A stretch of 64,000 nt of DNA from Octopus sinensis (taxonomy: Eukaryota): NCBI RefSeq assembly GCF_006345805.1, contig NC_043011.1:39568464-39632463 (forward strand), written 5' to 3'. This document shows, piece after piece, positions 54,330-64,000 of the stretch; position 1 is the stretch's first letter, and each line of letters starts with the position of its first letter. The translations under genes and the position numbers were made by a program. Below the pieces are notes generated by a model. That model did not search any database and was not told where the DNA came from. It saw only the letters and a list, made by a program, of their open reading frames with translations.

Positions 54330-56100
54330 AAATGATATGAAGCACCAGCAGCAGGGGAAGTAAAATAATTCTGGGGGTGAACTATGAACAAGGAACAAAT
54401 CACAACAGATGAGATTATTCAAAACAGCAATGATGGAAGGCCATATCAATTCAACAAGTCAGATACTACAAAAATCAAGCAACTGGAAGACTCCAGGAAA
54501 TTATAGAATCAAAAGTTTCTGGTCAGAGATTTTAGTATTTCAAATACACAATGAACTGGCTAAAGTACACAATAATATATTGCAAGAAATGCAAGCAACA
54601 CGCAAAAGACTCAGTGAGAAGAAAAACATCTGAGTTACCTAAATTACAGAAATAGGGAACTCTAAAAGCTGCAGGCCCATAACCTACTTTTATGCTCTTA
54701 TACATACTTAATTTCAATAATATTGCAGATGATTAAACACCTGGGAAAAGAAATGTTATTTCCATTGTAAGAGAAAGGATGTCGGAAAGGCTCATAAAGG
54801 TGTAAAGCAATAACTGATCAGCAGAGCCATAACCAAAATACTGCAAAAAAAAGATTATAAATATATATATATATATATAATGTAAATTCTGGAAATGTTA
54901 GCCATGAGATAGGGAGTTCTTATGGTCATGAATATATGGCAAACAATTCTGTAGGGAAGGACAGAAGGAAATATGAAACTAATCCCATTTTTACTAGATG
55001 AGGAATAGTTCAAGAGCGCCAATACTCTTTTTCTATTCATTAACACCTCTAACCAACATTTTAAACCAGACTGGAATCAGATACAAATATTATAAGTGGA
55101 TAATCACCTGTCACCTCTATACAGACAATATCAAACAGTATGCAGCAGGTAATAAACAAGTAGAAACACTGCCAGGCACAGTACATGGAGTTACTAGAAG
55201 AATTGATATGGTGTCTGGGGTATAAAAAATGTGGAAAAGTAACCTTCAGGAAAAGGAAATTTATTAAGAACACTAATGTTATATAAGATAAAGAGAGACA
55301 AAATAATTAAATGAAAAACAGACATACAAATATTTAGGAATCAATACAGTAATCAGAATATAATATACACAATACAATGAAGACCAGGCAAGAATATTAT
55401 GGATGCATTAGATTAAGACTTAATACAGTGTTAAATGTAATGAATAAGGTAATAGGCCTCTATACTTTAGCTATCCCAGTAATAATCTATAGCCATATTC
55501 TCAGCTTGGGAGATGGTAAATGAATCAGCAAGACTAGACAGAGAAACAAGAAATGTGATGACTGCATTTAGAATACACCAACCATAATCCTACATAGATT
55601 ATATTTATCATAAATATGGGGAGATCTTTGAAACTTGAAAACTATAATAAGACGTTCATCACAAGACAACAAAAATATTGAGTAAAGAACATTGGAAACC
55701 TGAGAGAAATGGATACAAATCAAAACTGGTTTCTGTCTTCAAAGCCATCAATAAATATATAACAGAAGCTGAAATTACAGACAGTTGTTAGAAGAAAAGA
55801 AAACACCAACAGAAGCTAAAAATGGCACTACTAAATTCATGCTAAAACAATATCAAAAATGTCCCTACATGGTCAATACCTGGAAAAACTGAACTGGGTA
55901 AAATGTATAAAGAAAAGCAGTTATGTTATATATCTCAAAGCCATTAAATTTTTTTTCCTCAAAGTATATCAGAGTAATATGGGATGGGAGGGGGTTAAAA
56001 CAAATCATCAAGAAATGTTATCAATAACAATCAGGTCAAATGTCTTGCAGCTGTATTAGTTTTATTGACAACAATATATCTTTAAAATAAGAAGACAGAT
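54330..56100 (+). mobile_element. Degenerate R4/Dong-like LINE (RT remnant); another fragment at ~56500-56700
   Basis: It reads HLYTDNIKQYA, a YKYLGI-like motif and LHGQYLEKL. It is heavily disrupted. Confidence 0.55.
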
Positions 56101-56746
56101 GCAATAAACGATAAACATACAAGAATAGTGACAACACTATACAAAGTCAAAACAAAAAATAGGTAATAACCAAAAGTTCAGACATCTGTCTAGCTACTGT
56201 TCAACTGGAGAATAATAATAACTTATGAGGGATGAAGATTAGAATCTATTACATTCTTAAAAGTTAATGATTCATCTGGAAAATAATAACATTTAAGCAG
56301 AGAAGGCATTTATGTATTTTAACAAGCTACTATTCATCTATATCGAATATTAATATTTTATTAGCAGACTGGCCTAACAATTATACATTCTGAGAAGCTT
56401 GCTAATAGCCTTGAAAGAAACTGCATCCTATTAGCGGAACCGAAGAAATGTCAGAAAGGAAACCATAGTTGTAAAGAATGCCTATCATTAATAAGTTATT
56501 AATTTACAACATAGAGCGACTGCCTAAAGTGCTTGACAGTGTACCACATTTGTGGACACCTTAGATACTCCATACAAACAAAACAATCCAAATACTAAAT
56601 TACCTTTGCCCATATAATACAGTAAATGAATTGATTGCATCGCAATCCTTAACATTTATGTATTAACTTTGTTGGATACTTCACTAGCAGTATATTGGAT
56701 ATATGTTATCCCATGGAGGGTTGCATTTACAACCCCTATCTCAATT

Positions 56747-56796
<50 letters not shown>

Positions 56797-58175
56797 CATA
56801 TATATTTATATATATATACATATATATTTATATACATAGTTGCAGGAGTGGCTGGTTGCAATGAGCTTTGCATTGTTTTAGCTTTCAAATGATGCCATCC
56901 CCATTGGCTAGGCAAGCATGCCAACATTCTCCCCCTGATTGAAAGGCTATTTCATCACAGGGTGTACCCGTTTACAGCTGAGTGAACTGGAGCAACAAGA
57001 AACGAAGTGTTTTGTTCAAGAATGCAACATGCCACCCAATCCAGGAATTGAACCCATGATGATCTGGTGATCATGAGTGCAATACTCTCATAACTAGGCT
57101 ACATGCAATGCACTTCTTTCAGATTTTATCTCCAATTCCACTCACAAGGTCTTTTGTTGGCCCAAGCCTCACTTGCCTGAGGTGTCACACAGTGTGACTG
57201 AAACTGAGACCATGTGGTCAGGAAGCAAACATCTTAACCACGCAGCCATGCCTCCCCAACAACCCCACCCCAACCATGCACAAACCAATAAGTGAATATA
57301 AAGTTAATCAAATGTACTGGCGCTGATGCAAGAAGAATTGAATTAATTAAAACTGAAAACTTTAAGTTAGATTGAGACAATGAAATCAGAGGTTCAGAAC
57401 TAAAAAAAAAAAAAAGAATACATTCATACGAATAGTCTGGAAAAGATGAAACTGATAAGATAAAAGACATAGAAATGAAATAAAGGAGAAAATTATAAAG
57501 ATGAAAAATGAAAAAAGAAAAACTGGTTACAAAACTACCAGACTAATATTAAAACTAACTTAATGCCAGGAATAAGATAATAGTTATAAATACATTAGCC
57601 ATTTCAATCATAAACTACATCTTCTATATAATAAATTAGAAGTTAAATGAAGTGAAGACCTTAGACGAGAAAATTGAAGACCTACTCACAGCGGTCTGAT
57701 CTCATTACCATAAAGCTGATGCAGATAAGATATATTTACATTGCACACAGGGAGCAGGGTTTGATAAAAATAGAGAACTACTACGGAATAACAGTAGGTG
57801 CAAAAAAGTAATTGAAGTAGAAGAAAAGGGAAACTGACAGGTGTAATAAAGGAACATAAAGAAGATTAAGAGTTTCTCCCCCTCCCCTCTCTCTCTATCT
57901 CTCTTTCACCAGCTCGCTCCTTCTTATTTATAGATTAGGCCGGCATTGTTATGATTCAGCATTGTCATATACTGGGTCACATCGATTCTGCTTGAGAACT
58001 GAATTAAGAATACAAGAATACTCAGACATTTACATGAAAATTCAATGTATAAGGATTTCAGTTGATGAAATAACTGAAATATTTATCAAAATTGACAGGG
58101 ATCTATTTACTATGATTACAATGTAAAAACAAAAAGGAATATAACAGCATTTACACGTGTGTGTGTGTGTGTGTG

Positions 58176-58441
58176 TACTCTTTACTCTTTTACTTGTTTT
58201 GTTCATTTGATTGTGGCCATGCTGGAGCACCACCTTTAGTCGAGCAAATCGATCCCAGGACTTATTCTTTGTATGCCTAGTACTTATTCTATCGGTCTCT
58301 TTTACCAAACCACTAAGTTACGGGGACGTAAAACACACCAGCACTGGTTGTCAAGCGATGTTGGGGGGGACAAACACAGACACACAAACACACACACATA
58401 TATACATATACATATATACGACGTGCTTCTTCCAGTTTCCA

Positions 58442-58474
<33 letters not shown>

Positions 58475-58640
58475 GAAGGGCTTCTTCCAGTTTCCATCTA
58501 CCAAATCCATTCACAAGGGTTTGATTGGCCCGAGGCTATAGTAGAAGATACATGCCCAAGGTGCCACGCAGTGGGACTGAACCCAGAACCATGTGGTTGG
58601 TAAGCAAGCTACTTATTACACAGCCACTCCTGCTCCTATA
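58176..58640 (-). mobile_element. Full-length family A SINE
   Basis: Family A head and tail motifs are present. Confidence 0.8.
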
Positions 58641-59482
58641 GCTACTTACCACACAGTCACTCCTGCGCCTACAATCATCTTTAACACATTCATGTAAACT
58701 CAGAAATGGGTAGACCTTTTACTTGCGGACACAATTTCCAGGAGAAATATCTCTTTATAGACAGCACACGTGAAAACGTATCCCTGGGCTATGAATGACA
58801 TTCTTTGTTACTAGTATTTGCTTTTTGCTTATAAATATATACACAATATATGGGGGTTTAGTTCACAGGTGATCTAAACAACTAGGTATGCTGGGTAAGA
58901 ACTGTAACTGATTACCAGGGCTCCAAGCTCATAACCAAGATGGGAGTTGTGGAACCATTTTAGATTTCCGACATAGCGGGTATATAATTGTTAAAGAGGA
59001 TAACAAACACTAACGTAAGACAAACATCTTAAGTCATATACATTATTATTATTGGAAAAAATCTTTCCAATAATAACGCATATTACTTGAGATGTTTGAC
59101 TTGCCTTAGCATTTGTTGTCCTCTTTAATAATTAAATATGTGTGTCTGTGTATGTGTAAATATAATGAGGTTAGTATTTTTTGTGGCTTTCAGAGTAAAT
59201 TTTGACTATTATTTTTAGCAATTACTGGTTCAATTTTGCACCTTTCGTTTATTAATTCCTTTTTAGTTTTTAATTGCTAGTGAGCCACTTATATTATAAT
59301 GTGTTTAATATATCTTGATATATTAATATATCATTGCAGTATCTTTTTGTATTGATTATATATATGTATATGTATCTATATGTATGTGTGTATATGTGTG
59401 TGCATATATGTACCAGAGTAAGCACATAAATGCGAAACAAGGTGGAAAAATAGTACTCAAATACCAGAGGTAGAGTAATATG

Positions 59483-59633
59483 CTTTATTAAAAAGCAGCA
59501 AAAATATCACAAAAACTGTTACTCAGAGTTTCACGTTCCTGTTCGTCAAACAGTTTTGTTTACTGTCCAATGAACAGGAACATGAAACTCTGAGTAACAG
59601 TTTTTGTGTTATTTTTGCTGCTTTTTAATAAAG
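59483..59633. ncRNA. Fold-back with one hammerhead-like motif in each arm (family 3)
   Basis: The arms are 59483-59554 and 59562-59633. The motif is ACTGT YYRAYGA ACA-GGAA-CRT GAA ACTC-T-GAGT A ACAGT. Confidence 0.6.
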
Positions 59634-59671
59634 TATATACGAATATATATATATATATGTATATATATATA

Positions 59672-59727
<56 letters not shown>

Positions 59728-59729
59728 CA

Positions 59730-60080
59730 TCATCATCATCATCATCGTTTAGCATCCGCTTTCCATGCTAGCATGGGTTGGACGGGTCAACTGGGGTCTG
59801 TGAAGCTGGAAGGCTTCGTCAGGCCCAGTCAGATCTGGCAGTGTTTCTACGGCTGGATGCCCTTCCTAACGCCAACCACTCCGCGAGTGTAGTGGGTGTT
59901 TTTTACGTGCCACCTGCACAGGTGCCAGAAAGAGCTGGCGAACGGCCACAAACGGATGGTGCTTTTACGTGTCACCGGCACGGGGCCAGGCGATGCTGGC
60001 AACGACATGAACGGATGGTGCTTTTACGTGCCACTGACACAGGGCCAGACAGAGCTGGCAAACGGCCACGAACGGACATA
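59730..60080 (-). mobile_element. Family D element within (TA)n
   Basis: It has family D motifs and ~55-bp subrepeats. Confidence 0.75.
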
Positions 60081-60191
60081 TATATACACATACACACATA
60101 TATATGTATACACATATATATGTGTATATAAATACATATACATACATATATATACAAACACATATATATACACACATACATATAGATACAT

Positions 60192-60236
<45 letters not shown>

Positions 60237-60327
60237 TACAGATACACACACATATATATGTATACACATATACATATGTGTATATAAATACATATACATA
60301 CATATATATATACACATATGTATAGCA

Positions 60328-60665
60328 CCTTGGGCAAGTGTCTTCTACTATAGCCTCAGGCCAACCAAAGCCTTGTGAGTGGATTTGGTAGACGGAAACT
60401 GAAAGAAGCCCATCGTATATATGTATATATATATATATGTGTGTGTGCATGTATGTTTGTGTGTCTGTGTCTGTCCCCCTAGCATTGCTTGACAAACGAT
60501 GCTGGTGTGTTTATGTCCCCGTCACTTAGCGGTTCGGAAAAAGAGACCGATAGAATAAGTACTGGGCTTACAAAGAATAAGTCCCGGGGTCGAGTTGCTC
60601 GACTAAAGGTGGTGTTCCAGCATGGCCGCAGTCAAATGACTGAAACAAGTAAAAGAGTAAAGAGT
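60328..60665 (+). mobile_element. Family A SINE, 5'-truncated
   Basis: Family A body and tail motifs are present. Confidence 0.75.
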
Positions 60666-60685
60666 ATATGTAGATACATATATAC

Positions 60686-60719
<34 letters not shown>

Positions 60720-60771
<52 letters not shown>

Positions 60772-62705
60772 ATATAGATATATGTATATATGTGTGTGTG
60801 TGTATATATATATATTTGCAAAGCCAGCTGACTTGACACAAATACCTTCGATATATATGAGCTGGCTTCGTGTCTCTTTCATATCTATTGGAAATTGGCA
60901 CATATGGGTCAGATCACAAGAGAAAGACATTGACCAGCACTGACAGGGGGCGGAGGTGGGCGATGCTTTGAGATGACTTGGCTGTCGTATTAGCAGATAG
61001 CGTTACTTATAATAATAAACCTCCCTCGGTATTCCGATATTCCTGCGAAATATATTATTGGCACCGTCATACTTCATTTCATATTTGACAGCAGTTAAAC
61101 ACCGTATTGATTTGGGCAATGGCATTTCTTAATTATTCCACCGAATATCTGTAAAGTATCAATTAATGATGAAATAAAAGCTATAATTTGCTGTCAATAA
61201 ACAAGAAATGATTGCAATCACTGAAATATTTCCTTGGGGAATTGCTCTTTGGCATCCACTCTCTCCTATTTATTTTCATTTCTACTTAATTGTTCCCTCT
61301 AGCATGGTTTCAAGCATACGCAGAGTCACACACACACATACTAAGAGAAATGCATACAATTGGAACTTGGGAAAGTTTCTTCTCTGTCACTTCATTGCTT
61401 GAACACATACACATACACACACACACACACATATATACCCGCATATATATATATATATAAATACAAATAGACATACACACACACTATATATATACACATG
61501 TACATACATACACATTTACATACATGCACATATATATATAGGGAGAATTCACAAAAAAACAAAAGATGAAGACAGGTGGTATACATAATAAACAGATGTA
61601 TAATGCTCGGGAAGTGAAAAAGTCTTTAATGTTTCGAGCCTACGCTCTTCCACAGAAAGGAATACAGAAAGAAACAAGGAGAAAAAATAAAGAATGTGTA
61701 GTGGCTAGCAATATATATATATATATATAATATATATATATATATGTATATATATACATAAATATAGATATATGTATATATGTGTGTGTGTGTATATATA
61801 TATATTTGCAAAGCCAGCTGACTTGACACAAATACCTTCGATATATATGAGCTGGCTTCGTGTCTCTTTCATATCTATTGGAAATTGGCACATATGGGTC
61901 AGATCACAAGAGAAAGACATTGACCAGCACTGACAGGGGGCGGAGGTGGGCGATGCTTTGAGATGACTTGGCTGTCGTATTAGCAGATAGCGTTACTTAT
62001 AATAATAAACCTCCCTCGGTATTCCGATATTCCTGCGAAATATATTATTGGCACCGTCATACTTCATTTCATATTTGACAGCAGTTAAACACCGTATTGA
62101 TTTGGGCAATGGCATTTCTTAATTATTCCACCGAATATCTGTAAAGTATCAATTAATGATGAAATAAAAGCTATAATTTGCTGTCAATAAACAAGAAATG
62201 ATTGCAATCACTGAAATATTTCCTTGGGGAATTGCTCTTTGGCATCCACTCTCTCCTATTTATTTTCATTTCTACTTAATTGTTCCCTCTAGCATGGTTT
62301 CAAGCATACGCAGAGTCACACACACACATACTAAGAGAAATGCATACAATTGGAACTTGGGAAAGTTTCTTCTCTGTCACTTCATTGCTTGAACACATAC
62401 ACATACACACACACACACACATATATACCCGCATATATATATATATAAATACAAATAGACATACACACACACTATATATATACACATGTACATACATACA
62501 CATTTACATACATGCACATATATATATAGGGAGAATTCACAAAAAAACAAAAGATGAAGACAGGTGGTATACATAATAAACAGATGTATAATGCTCGGGA
62601 AGTGAAAAAGTCTTTAATGTTTCGAGCCTACGCTCTTCCACAGAAAGGAATACAGAAAGAAACAAGGAGAAAAAATAAAGAATGTGTAGTGGCTAGCAAT
62701 ATATA
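60720..62705. repeat. Near-identical tandem duplication with a ~990-bp period
   Basis: gcaaagccag occurs at 60818 and 61808. The differences I could see are limited to microsatellite length. The junctions lie in (TA)n. Confidence 0.92.
61624..61659 (-). ncRNA. Hammerhead-like motif with a CUGUGGA core (family 2); duplicate at 62612-62647
   Basis: It reads CTTT CTGTGGA A GAGC-GTAG-GCTC GAA ACAT T AAAG. Confidence 0.5.
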
Positions 62706-62720
62706 TATATATATATATAA

Positions 62721-62790
62721 ATAAATGAAAGAATGGAGTCAAACGAAGATTTTACCAAAAATCTTCGTTCGACTCCATTCTTTCATTTAT
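62721..62790. repeat. Near-perfect 33-bp-stem hairpin
   Basis: The arm ataaatgaaagaatggagtcaaacgaagatttt pairs with its inverse with one mismatch. Confidence 0.9.
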
Positions 62791-62960
62791 TCATATAAAA
62801 AAAACACACAAATTCCCACACAAGAACACGGGGTTTCTGCCCTTGGCATGTAGCTTCAACCGTGTTTTCTGACGTGAATTGCTACCCAGGTATCGATTAA
62901 CCGAATTATCCATACTAGGATAATTCATTCACCTACTTAAATATATATATATATATATAT

Positions 62961-63329
62961 GGAAAATAAGACAAGGTAGAAAATGTTAAAATAATTTTAT
63001 CATGAAGAACATTTTAGTACTGGTTTCAGCCTTTGAGACTTTTTCAACTTAAAGTAAAGCATAAAAAATAATTAAATTGTGGAAAAATTAAATGCAATGT
63101 TTGCTCTTGAGCTATAAAGAGAGACATAGACAAACTGAAAAAAGGAAAATATACCTTGCATTTGAAAACTATGGAAATATTTTTTAAAAAGCATTTCATT
63201 TAATTTTTTTCCACAATTTAATTGTTTTTCATGCTTTACTCTAAGTTGAAAACGTCGCAAAAACTGAAACTGGTACTTAAATGTTCTTGATAAAATTATT
63301 TTAGCATTTTCTACCTTATCCTATTTTCC
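62961..63329. mobile_element. Inverted repeat (~140-bp arms) carrying U3:A8 hammerhead-like motifs (family 4)
   Basis: The motifs are at 63051-63014 (minus) and 63242-63279 (plus). The inferred consensus is TAAG TTGAAAA AGTC-n5-GRCT GAA ACCGGT A CTTA. Confidence 0.65.
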
Positions 63330-63369
63330 TTATACATATCAACTTTTGTGTTCATTTTCAATCTTCTAC

Positions 63370-63442
<73 letters not shown>

Positions 63443-63505
63443 CTATGTACATATATATATATATGTATATATCTATGTACATACATACATATATATATAT
63501 CTATG

Positions 63506-63549
<44 letters not shown>

Positions 63550-63625
63550 GACATATATACAGCAATGTAACTACACACGTACCATTGGCGATTTCTTTTC
63601 CATCTTTGGACTTTTCCCTTTCTCC

Positions 63626-63658
63626 TTTCCAACAAAGAGCTATGCTCGAAACATCAAA
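63626..63658 (+). ncRNA. Decayed hammerhead-like motif (family 2)
   Basis: It reads TTT CCAACAA A GAGC-TAT-GCTC GAA ACAT C AAA. CpG-type decay from CCGACGA and ACGT-C would explain it. Confidence 0.4.
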
Positions 63659-63742
63659 TGTCAAACACTCTCCTTTCACCAAGCATCAAAGTAATGTATT
63701 TCTTGTGCACGTCCTCACTGTATGTATGTATGCATAAATGTG

Positions 63743-63792
<50 letters not shown>

Positions 63793-64000
63793 CACACACA
63801 TGCACACACATACATACATATACACAGACACACACACTAAGATATGTTTATAAAAAAATATGTACATATCTAGATAGACAGATAGATGTCAACATATATA
63901 CATATTCATTGATATAAGTTTATATATTTACAATTCTTTAATATCATACACACATACTCCATTCACACCCCTTGTTAATCTCTATCTGTCTATCTATCTA

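Noticed and set aside
61007-61148. First coding exon of CFAP221
   Set aside because: The best donor gives phase 2 while the next exon needs phase 1, and the similarity is weak. It is kept only as a low-confidence note.

Overview
Repeat-saturated, AT-rich eukaryotic DNA. The SINE, LINE and microsatellite content looks like an octopus genome (inference). The only host gene I can support is two minus-strand coding exons of a CFAP221/PCDP1-like ciliary gene (47680-47870 and 10834-10929). They splice in frame across a ~36.7 kb intron. The rest of the window is made of several tRNA-derived SINE families, RTE, Tx1, R4-like and CR1-like LINE remnants, a complete Buster-type hAT with a perfect 8-bp TSD, mellifera- and irritans-like mariners, Tc1- and piggyBac-type MITEs, Penelope-like elements (PLE) and long microsatellites. 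Nearly all long ORFs in the supplied track are microsatellite artefacts. The most interesting signal is at least four families of minimal type-I hammerhead-ribozyme-like motifs. All have a palindromic (dimer-type) helix III and most sit in inverted-repeat pairs. One family lies in a Penelope pseudo-LTR that starts with a tRNA-like Pol III promoter. Another shows U3:A8 core covariation. Most individual copies are decayed, so activity is inferred from cross-copy consensus and was not shown. Repeat boundaries are approximate unless a TSD or TIR is quoted.
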